A program made the position numbers and the translations under genes. Positions 52,125 to 64,000 of a stretch of 64,000 nt of DNA are shown piece by piece. Origin of the DNA: Podarcis filfolensis (Eukaryota); NCBI GenBank assembly GCA_964270895.1, contig OZ185437.1. One strand, written 5' to 3'. The notes under the pieces were generated by a model. That model saw only the letters and a list, made by a program, of their open reading frames with translations. It made no database searches and was not told where the DNA came from. Position 1 is the first letter of the stretch; each line of letters begins with the position of its first letter.

Positions 52125-53399
52125 CTGTGGAGAAGCAAAAGAGGAGATTGTCAGCGTAGAAATTCCTGAACTAAACGGTTCAAAGTGTTCCATCGTCAGA
52201 TGATCTACCATCCAGTTCTCACCGGTGGCATGGAAAATTGTGTTTAAACCTTTCAGACTTCAGGTGGGGATACCCATGGTTTGAATATTGCTCTTCCATT
52301 TGAAGCAAATTCCCTCCACATAGAAAACTCAACATTAACAAAACCCTACAGAACCCAAAACTGAGTCAGTTCACATGTTTCGTTGAGAGACAGAGTGCAA
52401 GTTGAGAACTTGCAAGTTAGAGGTCTCTGGGGATTTCAAGCTAGCAATCATGCAATCCTAACCGTGTCTACTCAGAAATAAGTCCTACAGAATTCAATGC
52501 AATTTACTGTTAGACAAATTGGGTTAGAATTGCAGCCTTAGTCACTGTTTAGATTTACAGAAAAGACTAAGTTATAGGCACTCAATAGTTTGCTTTTAAA
52601 ACCTGAAATACCCCAACTCATAGGGAAACTTATTAAAATTTGTGGTACTTAAATCTCTCAACAACTTTTTAGATTACACATGACTTATTCTGCTCATAAA
52701 AAGAATAATCTTACTACTGGGGAATCAGAACTAAGTAGGTTTGAGGAGTGTAACATTCACAACTGTACTAAAGTTAGTTTTTATAAATACTATACATGTG
52801 ATGGGACAGTGTCCAATAAAAGTGAGAGCACACCTCTTAAAAGCCACTTGCTTTCCATTTCAGTGCAGTGTATTAAATAGGTTCATGGTCATTACGGTTA
52901 ACAAATGTTTTCAGTCTGTGCCTCAGGGCTGTCCCCGGGTCAGCAGTCCTGGGCTTCCCCTTCCTTAAGGGCTTTTGCATGGCTGAAATGTATCCTTGAA
53001 CTGGGATCATAGTTCTTGCTTGCCTGGAGATAGGATGGTTTTGTGTGTGTAGAGATCTCTTGACCTTCTTACGATTGCAACACATGACTCTTACTGTACA
53101 AAGGTAAAAGTCGCATTTGTTGCTCTAGCCACTTTGGTCTCTGTTCCCACCCACTTTTTGCTTTTGCTGCATCCCCTGAACTTTGACCATGATGGAATGC
53201 AGTCCTCAGCCTGAGAAATGTTCCCCAATACTGTACTACATTATCAGGCTTGCTGCTTGAGACTGCTTTTAGATTGGGCCTTATCCTCGAAGGCCCAAGT
53301 GGCACCTGTGGATCAAACTGCATTTCCCCAACTTAGCTATCCATGAAAAGTTGCAACAAACTGCTTGCTACAGTTATCCATCTTCTGGTCATGGCATGG

Positions 53400-53975
53400 T
53401 TTAATGTAGTGCACTCTACATGGAGCTGCCTTCAAAGGCTTTCTGCCTGTCCAAAAGGAGCTGGCAAGGCTTCTGGTGTGTGAGTGTAATTCAAAGTGAT
53501 GGTTTTGATTTAAAACCCAAGATGGCCATGCCTCAAAGCATCTGAAGGACCACCTTCTCATATAATTCCCTTGTCATATCTGCACTGGAAGTCCTTCTCT
53601 GGATCCCTCCACTTTTTTGAGATAAGGCAGCTGGTGATTAAATTGTTGCTGGCACCCATCTGTCTTTGAAGACGATGGAGCAATGTGCATTGGAGGTTGA
53701 AAGATGGGTCCTTTTCTGTTTCAGCACCACACATCTGCAACCCATCCTGTGGAACCAAGAGGTCTGCTTGTTGCCTTCTGGGTCAGCATTCAGGAACCGT
53801 ACAAAGATATTCCTGTCCATGCATGATTTTGAGTGGTGTATATTTGTGCTTTAACTCATCCTGCCTCCCTTATTACAAATGGAATGTTTAGTATGTGTGT
53901 GTTTTTTAATACGATTGTAAACTGCTCTGATTTTTTTGTTGGAAAAGCAGAGCATTAAAAATGATCATTAAAAAT
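53400..53975 (+). mobile_element. Old L2-like LINE 3' remnant in STX7 last intron
   Basis: gaaggaccaccttctcatata motif and tgtaaactgctctga...aaaaat end. Confidence 0.4.
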
Positions 53976-54109
53976 ATGGCCTAGAGGAGAGTGAGTCACC
54001 TGTACCTCACATTGCTAGCCTCTTAGTAAGTCTGAGAATTAAGCTTCAATTTTTTAATCAAAGGATGGAAAATTCCCAACATAATCTAGCTGCTTCTGCT
54101 CATATTTAC

Positions 54110-54192
54110 CTGGTAGTCTGCTGCTCTAGACAACTGCTGATTTGCTTGCTGGACATGGACTTCAGCCGTTTCTACATTGGCTTCTATGCTGT
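54110..54192 (-). CDS. STX7: STX7 exon (SNARE motif C-terminal half)
   Basis: (D)[27 protein letters not shown]; AAG acceptor, GTAAAT donor, 83 nt. Confidence 0.96.
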
Positions 54193-55589
54193 CTTTGAGG
54201 AGAAAAATAAACCACAGAGACTTTAATCTGAAGGCAGAGTGAAATTCTCAGTAACAGATAGAGATTGCTCTGGAACCTTACATCTTTAGTCCTGTTACTT
54301 GACTATGACACAGGAAAGGGGGGGGGGGAAATCCTAAGCACACTTACTTGCAAGAACGTTTAGCTGAAATAAACCAGGAAAAAACTACAGGTAACAAAGG
54401 ACATGGGGCGGATGGTGGCTCATTCAGCTTAACACATACACCCTCCCGACAATACCAGCCCATTGACATCACACCCCTGCAACCTGGGCGTCTGGCTAGC
54501 ATGGAAAGGGCTATGGTGATCCAACTGGCTGATTCACATACCAGTCAGATGCACAGGCAGTTCTGATGGGAGGCTGCTACATGTGTGGGCAGCAAGGGGC
54601 AGCCCCTGCAGTCCTTTGACTTGCCTTGCACTTTCTTCCAACATGGGAGTGCGGAATTACCTGAGCCTCCACCTGAGATCATTACAATGTGCATTATTTG
54701 CTCCTGCTGGCAGCAGTCAAAGATGAGGCATTGGCAGGGACATACATATTGTACTGATACTGGGACATGAGACAAGTTGAACTACACATTACAGTGGGTA
54801 ACTTTAAGTAGTGGAAGGGTGGGACTCAATGCAGAATCATCATTTTTAATGGCAGCCCTCTACTGTCCTCCCCCTTTTCTTTTCTTTTTAAAGGTGTGAT
54901 TCCACTCCTACTAAATGTGCTTAGGATTTTTCACCCCAACTAATAGGCTTCGGTTACACATGCAGAGAAGGAAAACGTAAGCTATTTCCCCAAGGTATGA
55001 TCATAACCAACTTGTGGAAACAGACTGTATCCTGGACAAAAATGATTGCCACCATGGTGGCAGTGCTCACCCACTCCATATGCAGGCACAGTTTTTCTTT
55101 TTTCTTTTTTTTTTTAAAAAAATCTGTTTAAAAGTCCAGCTCCTTCCTGAGCTTAATGTATAGGTCTATAAAATGTATACTTAAAACATAGATTTTTCTT
55201 ATGCATAATGCTTTTTCTGTCAACTCTTCATTCTGAACATGCTCTGAATTTAATCCTAGGAGGGCACAGCTCCTTTGAAATCTGAAAAGCTGTCAAGAAC
55301 CATGTAAGTTGTAATACAAGAAACCAAGCTGAAGTACACTTTTCCCACAACAAAACAGAACAGCCCCTTAAGCACATTTCATATTGTATCTCTTTTAGCC
55401 TGAAATATAAGGCAGCTACACGTCAGTTAATAAAATCCAGAAGGTGCATGGGCATATTCAGATTCCTCACAAGCCAAATTTTGACTAACCAGATGATTGG
55501 GAAACAGCTAACTCTAGCTTTTATCAAATTACTGGGAAATTTCTAGATGCTAACTGAATCCAGCTACTGTGCCCAAATGTTATGCTTAC

Positions 55590-55662
55590 CTATCACATCT
55601 CCTTGTTCATGAATCATCATCCCCAAATCTTTAAATATTTCATTAATATCCAAAATGTCTGC
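55590..55662 (-). CDS. STX7: STX7 exon (Qa-SNARE motif, zero-layer Q)
   Basis: [24 protein letters not shown](D); CAG acceptor, GTAAGC donor, 73 nt. Confidence 0.97.
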
Positions 55663-56421
55663 CTGTAAACACAGAAGATGTTCATGTTTATACATCTCCA
55701 ACAGCACTTAGCACAACTGCAGGAGTTCACTCCCAGCAACGTGTAGGAAAAAAATGGAAAAAGTGACAGGACAAATGGTTGGGGGAAAGAGATGGTTGGA
55801 CTACGAAACCACAAAACAGCAAGCAGCACACACAAATCCTTTAACATTCACCATGTTACTTTTAACATATCTGGAAAACAAATTGGATGTCATGTGTTTG
55901 CATATGGAATGTTTTAGCTAATTAATTAGGGTATAACCACAATCAGTTCCAGTCCAGATAGCTTTGTGTTAACGAGACAACTCTGTGCAATCCATGTCTT
56001 TTTAAAGGTACAATCTAGTCTCCCTGTTTTAGCTAGATAAATCAGAGGTGTAATTCCTCCAATGAAATCAATAGGATCAAGTGGACCTAGACTGTGACAT
56101 TTAGCAAAACATAAATAAATCGTTATCTTTACTTAGACACTGTTTCACTCCATTTATGGTTTAGGAATTAAAATTCTGAAATATAGATGTACTTTGGTGA
56201 GCATGGTTCACTAGGTGGAGCAGGATAAGACCTTTTCTTTGGTTTTAGAAACTGACATTCAATCAATCAATCACATGGAAGCACAAAACTTAAAGGCAAC
56301 AAATACTGGGATAGGGAGAACCAATACCACAAGAGAAGTTTTTTAAAATACACTGTCAAATTAAGGAAAGAAAATTCCGCTCTTGATCTCAGTGCATTTC
56401 TAAACTTTGCCCTCTGCTCAC

Positions 56422-56512
56422 CTCAAGCTGCCTGATGGCAGACTCTCTCTCCTCAATAAGACGAAGGTCATCTTCTGTGATTTCTTCTTCTAGTACTTGG
56501 GTCTGAGGCTGG
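56422..56512 (-). CDS. STX7: STX7 exon (linker / start of SNARE motif)
   Basis: [30 protein letters not shown]; TAG acceptor, GTGAGC donor, 91 nt. Confidence 0.96.
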
Positions 56513-56921
56513 CTATAAGTTAAAGCACACAGGATATCCAAGCAGATTATTAATTAATATGCTTTACACAGGAACGTTGATTGCTAGCTGCCACTGGCAA
56601 CCAGATTTTGGGACCTATTTGAATACCACACACAGTACCCACCGAGTGAAAGTCATTAATGGAAGCTCTTAAGAGGAAATACATATAAAAGCTGTTAAGT
56701 TTTTCTAACAGAACAATGCAGGATTAAGATCACATCACACTTTGGCAATGAAAGAACCACATTTATGACACCTCATTAAAAAAAAAAAGCTTCTACAGGT
56801 TTTATTGCCTACTTGTGAGTGATTTTAGAATTTATAGCAATATTATGTGCGCACACAGTTTTTTACCTAGTTTACTTAATTCAATAAATGAAACAATGTC
56901 AGGTTTTACAGCACTTCCTAC

Positions 56922-56974
56922 CTGTCCCAGGACACAAGTGTTCCTTCTTTGTAGCTTTCCTCTGGGGCACCACC
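56922..56974 (-). CDS. STX7: STX7 exon (linker)
   Basis: GGAPEESYKEGTLVSWD(S); CAG acceptor, GTAGGA donor, 53 nt. Confidence 0.93.
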
Positions 56975-57214
56975 CTGCAAAGTTAAGAGATGGAAAAACA
57001 ACTTATTCTGAGGCATGGAATTACATCTGCTACAATATGACACATCCACAAAAAAGAAGGTATAAGGAAAAAGGAAAAGTTGGATCAGCCCAATTTAATT
57101 TGTGTTATATCCTTAGCACTCCCTGAAGGGGAAAAAGTAATGCAATTGCAGGTGTAAGCTTCTACACTAGGGGGGGAAATGACACTGGAATAAATGCTTG
57201 CCCAGTTTTGGACT

Positions 57215-57270
57215 ATTCCTCCCTAAACATTCCTCCCTAAACATTCCTCCCTAAACATTCCTCCCTAAAC
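57215..57270. repeat. Perfect 14-bp tandem repeat x4 (attcctccctaaac)
   Basis: Directly visible. Confidence 0.95.
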
Positions 57271-57614
57271 ATTGTTTAGGAAGACTCCCCAGAACGGTTT
57301 CTGGGGTGGCTGTAGCTGGAGTGGAAAAAAGAAGAGGGAAAACTTCCTTCTGTGAACTTCTTCAACTTAACTCATCTTAGGATCCAAGTCAATGTCCCCC
57401 CCCCCCAAAAAAAAATCAGTAAAAACAGAAAAGAAGCAAGACCACTTCAGTGTCATAACACTTCTTAGAACCACCTTAACTTCTTGCTCACATTAGGTTG
57501 GTCTCGGCCCTGCTAGATCTGCATACCCACCATACCCAACAGCTATGGAATATTTAATGCACAAAGTAAAGCAGCCATGATAGAATAAGATGGATGAATT
57601 TATATTCTCTTAGG

Positions 57615-57768
57615 CAGTGCTTTTTTTCTTTAAAAAATGTTTAGGGGTACTCTCATTTTCCTACTCATATTGAAATGCTGCCCCTCAATGAGGCCAAACT
57701 TAGATTCACAAAATGTTTAGGGGTATGTGCACCCCTGCGTCCGCCCCCCCCCCCGAAAAAAAGCACTG
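57615..57768. mobile_element. hAT-type MITE
   Basis: TIR cagtgctttttt / aaaaaagcactg; TSD ctcttagg / atcttagg (7/8). Confidence 0.8.
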
Positions 57769-57818
57769 ATCTTAGGACTCAGCTAGACAGGTAAAGAAGA
57801 AGCGATTTATATGTGTTG

Positions 57819-57837
57819 TGCCACCAGATGGCGACGT
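57819..57837 (+). promoter_or_regulatory. Candidate CTCF site
   Basis: TGCCACCAGATGGCGACGT resembles the CCACCAG(G/A)(G/T)GGCG CTCF core. Confidence 0.5.
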
Positions 57838-58620
57838 GAAGTCCTGTTTTTCTCTACCTGTTTTCCCTGTTTAAACTTACAACGCTTTAAACTGAAACGC
57901 TTCTAGATCCAGCCTTGGGTGTCAATTCTTGCAAAAGCTTATTTCACCTTTATGCTAGATTCTGCTGCCGTAGATGCTACTAGCTGAGACCTGTTTGCAA
58001 TTATGTGGAGTATCACATGGTAATTCCTACTCACGTAAATATCAGTCAGCTTCAGATCAACAAACATGAGAAACCACACCGTGTTCCCCAGGCAATTGCC
58101 CGCAAAGCCACATGCTGACAAAATCAGGCATTCTGACAGGGTCTTCTGGGTCCTGCATGCTGTTGTATTCAAACCCAACTTTGACCACATGAAAGCTTCC
58201 CTTGTTTTATTCCACCCCGACCAAAAAGCTCCACCCTTGCTTGCGGGCCTAGGAGATTATCTGGTGCTTTAATAATAACAATTTAAAAAGCCACGACTTT
58301 TTGTTGCAGGTGAAATTCAAGAGCTTGTCATTCATTTCACAAATGGAGCTTAGCAACTGACTGCATGTGAAACACACATTTCACCATGCATCCTAATATG
58401 GAGATAACTGCTAAAGTAGTATTAGAGTAGATAAATGATAAATTCTACCCTGATTCCTCCATTAGTCTATGTAATTTGTTTATTTTAAAAAAATTATGTA
58501 CCACGTGATTGTAAGAAAACCCTCAAAGCGGTTTATAAAAGGTTAAACAGTATAACCAAGCAAGATTTACAAACCTACTTTAAAACATGCAAAAGTTAAA
58601 ACACTGAAACAGATTTTATA

Positions 58621-58872
58621 CAGTGGTACCTAGGTTTTTGAACAGAGTGTGTTCCGGGAGTCCGTTCGACTCCCGGAACCATTTGAAAACCCAAGTGTGG
58701 CTTCTGATTGGCTGCAGGAGCATCCTGCAGCCAATCAAAAGCTGTGGAAGCTGCACCAGACGTTTGGCTTCCGAAAATTGTTCAAAAACCAGAACACTAA
58801 CTTCCAGGTTTTGATCGTTCAGGAGCCGATTTTTTTCGGGAGCCAAGGCATTTGGCTTCCAAGGTACAACTG
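58621..58872. mobile_element. Tc1/mariner (Tigger-like) MITE, related subfamily
   Basis: cagtggtacc ... ggtacaactg ends, TA TSD. Confidence 0.8.
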
Positions 58873-58910
58873 TAAATGGAAACATCACACATACATTGGT
58901 ATATACTTAC

Positions 58911-59048
58911 CGATACCCTAGAGCTGGCTCGCACTCTGGCTACAAATTCTCTCTCTTTCTCAGCAGCTTGTCTTTGGACCCTCTGGAAATTTGTCAGTGC
59001 TGTAGTGAACTCATTTACAAGTCGGTCCTTCTGTATTTTTCTCTGACG
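58911..59048 (-). CDS. STX7: STX7 exon (Habc helix c)
   Basis: [46 protein letters not shown]; TAG acceptor, GTAAGT donor, 138 nt. Confidence 0.96.
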
Positions 59049-60539
59049 CTAAGGGGCAAAATGTAATATATATTACATATGTGATAAAATGAGATAAATT
59101 TATTGTACAGTTGTTATTTAACTGGCCCGGAGTCAGTCATCTGTTTATTATTCAGTGCAGGAGTTTTCTACAAGCTGCTGAACAGAAGCAGCATATATGA
59201 CTGCACATTTCATTAAGACAGACATCAAGTAAGGTCAGGGGCGATATGGACAAAAGTATTCTACACATGGATGCATCCCTGCTCTCTTTTCAACTATACA
59301 GTGTGATGAACACACATTTATCTAAGTTGTGGAAGGGCATTTTATTATTGCAAAGCCTCTGGCCACTGAATGGTGCTTTTTATGACGCCAAAGCCTCGCA
59401 CATCAAGGCTTTGGAATGGATCGCAGTGAAAGTCCAGCACTTGCACAGACAGGTGGACAATTACAGCAATTTTAAGTAGCGCCATGCCAGAGCAGGCTCA
59501 CATGTACACCCCTTCCCCTGAGTGGGACCCACAGTAAATATCTGCAATTAATATGCATTAATGATAGTGTAAAGGGCTTCATCGCTAAGCAACAGTTCAA
59601 AATTGGCACCCCGTAGCTATCCCCTAGTCCATGCTGGGTTCTAGCTTCTGACAAAGAGGCAAGAGAGGCAGTCATTTAAACCAGTGGTGCCCCACCTAAG
59701 CACTACTCTATGAGAGAAATTTTGTGCTGTGTGTCCTGTAGCATAAAAATGCCACCAGTATGACAGTGGTGAGATGACTGGCAAAATAATTTCCCCCGGA
59801 GTTAACATGACGACGCCTCAATTTTTAACACGATAAAGAAGAAGCTGAAGGAGAATGCTATATAATTGCACATATTTTGAGCAAGTGGGAACCTGCAGCT
59901 CTCTAGATATTGTTGGACTCCAACTCCCAACAGCCTCAGCCAGCATGGCCAACGTTCAGGGATAATGTCCGTTGTATTCCAACAATATCTGGAGGGCTAC
60001 AGGCTCCCCACCAATGAAGTAGTGCTGGATTTCCTCTGCTTTTATTCCTTCCTCAAAGCCAAACGCAGGCAGACCTGTACTCTTTTTGATGGAACAAAGT
60101 AATGAGAAAATAATAAGCTATTTGTTAGCATGGCTGTTCATAAGAATGAAAGACAACTGCCCTGAAATGAATGTTGATTTCATTTCCCCATATAATACCA
60201 TACAAGCACACTCACAGTTAAGACAAAAATGTCCAAGTTCTGCACATATTTAGACTGCTTAAACCCCACTGAAGTCAATAGGATTTAAGCAGCCTAACTG
60301 TGCACAGGATTGCAGTCAAAATGATTAAAATGATCATAATCCAAGTGCCTGTACCAAAGTAAATCCTATAATCCTAGTAGTTCAAAAAATACTTGGCCTC
60401 TTAATTATACTACAAACCAAGTTCCATTAATGTATTTTGCTTGATATGCCTCGGGAGTAAAATGTTTTCAAACACACATGGCAGAAATGAAAAAGGCAGT
60501 TTTAGGTTTTTTTTATAAAAAAATAACACATTTTTATAC

Positions 60540-60630
60540 CTGCTCGCTTATTGAAGGCAGAGATCCAAACTCCTTAATGTATTTGTCTGTCTCTTTGGCA
60601 AGTTGGTTTGTATACTGCTGCTTCTGCTGC
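60540..60630 (-). CDS. STX7: STX7 exon (Habc)
   Basis: [30 protein letters not shown]; TAG acceptor, GTATAA donor, 91 nt. Confidence 0.95.
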
Positions 60631-61609
60631 CTAAAACAGAAAGTTATAGCTGAGTGACTGGATTACTCAACCAACGTTTTTACTCCATTGCTGAATATCT
60701 TTAGAAATAAATCTTCAGGAAAGGCACATATATTATTTAATATTTGCAAAATAACTGCTGGTTCCACTTCTGTAGAAACCAAGAATGAAGAATTGAGAAG
60801 TAGTGGACCAAACTTTGCTTTAAATCTTTTTTAAAAATAAAAAAAAAAAATGAGTACTTAAATGATAAAGATTGCATTTGTCTGACAGGTTGATAGATGG
60901 GCCATGAAAAGTAGATTCGGTATTTTAAAATGTAAATAGTCAATATGGGAAGGGGAAAGAGAGAAAACATTTTAAATTATGACTAACACCATGATCAGGG
61001 GGAGGCTTACATATTCTTTTTTGGAAAAGGATAAGAGTAAAAAAATCTCTCCACCCCGCCCCCGGAATTATGATCACAAGTTAATTCTAAGGAAAAGAAC
61101 ATATTCTAATGTAGAACCACGATTTGAGTAGCAACATGATGTACTTGATTACTGTAAGCATTCCTTAATCAACAGCTCCTGTGTCAATTGAAGAAAAAGG
61201 CCATCTAGAGAACGGGTTGCAGTAAAAATCAAGGCACCCTGATCTACCAGTTAAATCTGGACAAAGCACTGGCAATCTGGCCCAAGTGGAAGTTGGTAGG
61301 CATTAGTTAGCATGCCCAGTGATATTAACTGCAAAGCCAGCTCTTTTAGTGTCCATGTATATGCCCAACACCCCTCTTTCAGGAGATTTCAAGCAAATCT
61401 CTCACTAATGAGCAGGGGCACAAAAGATATCAACAACCAAGATCTGCAGAAACCACCAATAAAAACCTGTAGGCACAGGACTGTATACATCTATAATCAT
61501 GTGGCTTCAGGCTAATCTAAATATTACATTAGATAATCTACATAACCTTCTGGTGCATGAGTGACACTTGCCAACATCACACTGTAGAAACAATGCATTC
61601 CTAATTTCT

Positions 61610-61613
61610 TTCT

Positions 61614-61652
<39 letters not shown>
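61610..61652. repeat. (CT)n microsatellite
   Basis: Directly visible. Confidence 0.9.
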
Positions 61653-61654
<2 letters not shown>

Positions 61655-62067
61655 TCGCAGTTATTTGGAATAAATTCCTTCTTTTGATTTCATGCTATAC
61701 TATACTATACTTTTGCATCACTTAACAAAACCTAACTTGCTGAAACTGTTGTCAAAAGCCTAAGAGTCATTTCCAAAATGCCGGAAGTAGCAAACATGAA
61801 AGTGGTTTGAACTTTTAAAAGAACCTCAGTAGGCTTTGTTGGCTCTGTACATTCTTGCTTCCAACACCATCTGGGTGCTTAATAGTGCCAACAATGCAAC
61901 TTGGAGGATTAACAAGTCAACATACAGATAAGATGTTGGTTTATCCCCACACTCCTTTTCTGTTCTCAAATGTTTCAAAGACGCAGAGCACTTTGGTAAG
62001 ACAGGAACACATATTGAGAGGCTATCTACAATGCAGTTAAATGAAGGTCATCTCATGAAGCGCTTAC

Positions 62068-62137
62068 AGCTGTTGCCGCAATTCATGCGTGTCTTGTGGC
62101 GTTCCAAGTTGATTCAGTACTCTTTGTATTTCTGCAG
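62068..62137 (-). CDS. STX7: STX7 internal exon (second coding exon, Habc domain); ATG exon lies beyond window end
   Basis: (S)AEIQRVLNQLGTPQDTHELRQQ(L); CAG acceptor, GTAAGC donor, 70 nt. Confidence 0.93.
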
Positions 62138-62546
62138 CTGTTTGCAAAAAGAGGAAGAGGGTTTTTGTAAATGATACATTTCCACCACAATTTCATGCAT
62201 CTCTAATTGACAATTCAGAAACATATACCAGTTGACAGAGCTGTGGTAGGTCAAATTCAGTGAAGTTTTCAAAAGCAAAGCTATACATACACGTACACAA
62301 AAAAGATCATGTTACAGCTGAACTGCTGAAAACGAAAGCCTTTCAAATTATGTTTTTAAACTTAAAACATTTCAAGAGCCCCAACGCACCTTTTGTCTGT
62401 CCTATCTAGTCCAACATTCTCTTCCCACAACAAAATGCCTATGAGAACCCTAAAAGCAGGATATATGTGCAAGAGCACTCTCTCAGTGTGTGATTTCCAG
62501 CAACTCATATTCAGAAGCATATTGCCTTCAATACTGGAGGTCATAT

Positions 62547-62928
62547 AGGTAAAGGTGAAGGACCTCTGGACAGTTAAGTCCAGTCAAAGGCGACTAAGGG
62601 GTTGCGGTGCTCATCTTACTTTCAGGCCGAGGGAGCCAGTGTTTGTCCACAGACAGCTTTCCAGGTCATGTGGCCAGCATGGCTAAACCACTTCCGGTGC
62701 AACGGAACACCGTGATGGAAACCAGAGCGCACTGAAACACCATTTACCTTTCCGCCGCAGTGATACCTATTTATCTACTTGCACTGGTATGCTTTCATAC
62801 AGCTAGGTTGGCAGGAGCTGGGACAGAGCAATGGGAGCTCACCCCGTCGTGGGGATTCAAACTGCCAACCTTCTGATCAGCAAGCCCAAGAGGCTCAGTG
62901 GTTTAGACCACAGCACCACCCGCATCCC
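62547..62928 (-). mobile_element. Sauria-type SINE, full length
   Basis: Complete head to tail; degenerate 14-bp TSD actggaggtcatat / attggagttaatat. Confidence 0.88.
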
Positions 62929-62974
62929 ATTGGAGTTAATATACTGTCATCATGACTACATGCATTGATAATAT

Positions 62975-63620
62975 CCCACATGAATTTGTTTAATCCCTTT
63001 TAAAAAGTCATTCAAGTTGGGAATCATCGTCACATCTTGTAGCAGTAAATTCCATAATTTAACTACGCCCCTTCGTCATTTTGCTTGCCCTTTTCTGCAG
63101 CTTTTCCAGCTCTACAATATCCTTTAGGTGCGGTGACCCAAACTATTTCAAGTGTAGCTGCATCATGTGCATAAAAAGCAATATTATATTGGCTGCTTCA
63201 TTTTCAATTCCCTTCCTAATGATTTCTCCAAAAGGAATTCACCTTCTTCACTGAAATATCCACCACAATCACAATCCCTTTCCTGATCCCTTTCTTCGTC
63301 AGTAACCACCAGCTCAGACTCCATCAGCATATATTTGAAGTTGAGATTATTATTATTATTATTATTTTGCCCCTCTTTATACTTGCTTACAATGAACTGC
63401 ATTTGCCATTTTAATGCTTATTCCCCAATTTGGAGAGATCTTTCTTTGGAGCTCTTCAGTATCACTGTTTTATTTTATTTTACCACCTTAAATAAATTGG
63501 TGTCATCAGTAAACTTGGTTACCTTGCTGCTCACCCCTAGTTCCAGATCATTTACCAATGAATTAAAAGCCCTGGCAACCAATATAAATCCTTGGAGGCA
63601 GCCCACTTCTTACATTTGCT
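62975..63620 (-). mobile_element. Decayed CR1 LINE RT fragment
   Basis: Minus strand reads NDLELGVSSKVTKFTDDTNLFKVV (CR1 FADD region) and FKYMLMESELVVTDEERD; stops and frameshifts. Confidence 0.8.
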
Positions 63621-64000
63621 TATTCCTACTCTCTGCTGGCTGTTCTTTAGCTAGTTACTGATTCATAAGGTTATTTCTCCTCTTAGCCTGCGATTTTTAA
63701 GCTTATCAATATTAACTAGCGACTACCTGATCATCCCCATCTACTTGCTTGTGGAGGCAAATAGCTCCTAGAGGCTACTGAGACAGAAGTTGCCTCTGCA
63801 GATACTACGTTAATTCTTGTCCACCTATATGCTTGATAAAAGTTATCTTTGAAAGAATGCTTCAAATCAATTCACTCAGAGGGGAAGATAAGCTAGTGGG
63901 CCTGTAATATCCTAGGTGCCCTTTGGATTCCCTCCCCCCCCCACAAAACCCCAAGTCTTTCCAGTCCTCTTCCTAAAACCCTGGAGAGTCATTGCCAGTC

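Noticed and set aside
57215-57270. CRISPR-like array
   Set aside because: Contiguous 14-bp tandem units with no spacers, in a vertebrate intron
62138-64000. STX7 ATG exon (MSYTP...)
   Set aside because: Not found; this region holds a SINE and a CR1 remnant, so the exon lies beyond the window

Overview
Vertebrate genomic DNA from a squamate, probably a lacertid lizard (inferred from the Sauria-type SINE, BovB, CR1/L2 and MITE complement). It holds two partial spliced genes on the minus strand, in the tandem order I recall for human 6q23. MOXD1 (DBH-like copper monooxygenase 1): coding exons 1-8 at 28006->709, with a CpG-island promoter; later exons lie beyond the window start. STX7 (syntaxin-7): eight coding exons at 62137->52029 through the stop codon; the ATG exon is beyond the window end. 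All exons were placed by hand with GT-AG boundaries and continuous reading frame. Introns and the ~22 kb intergenic space are rich in transposable elements. Most notable: (i) a minimal hammerhead ribozyme in a Penelope-like element (46547-46584); (ii) a composite hAT-type unit of two MITE modules plus cargo bounded by one perfect 8-bp TSD (21007-21628); (iii) a duplication with an apparently templated insertion just upstream of the MOXD1 promoter that matches a segment of intron 1. There is one assembly gap (8861-9021). Nearly all short ORFs in the supplied track are spurious.
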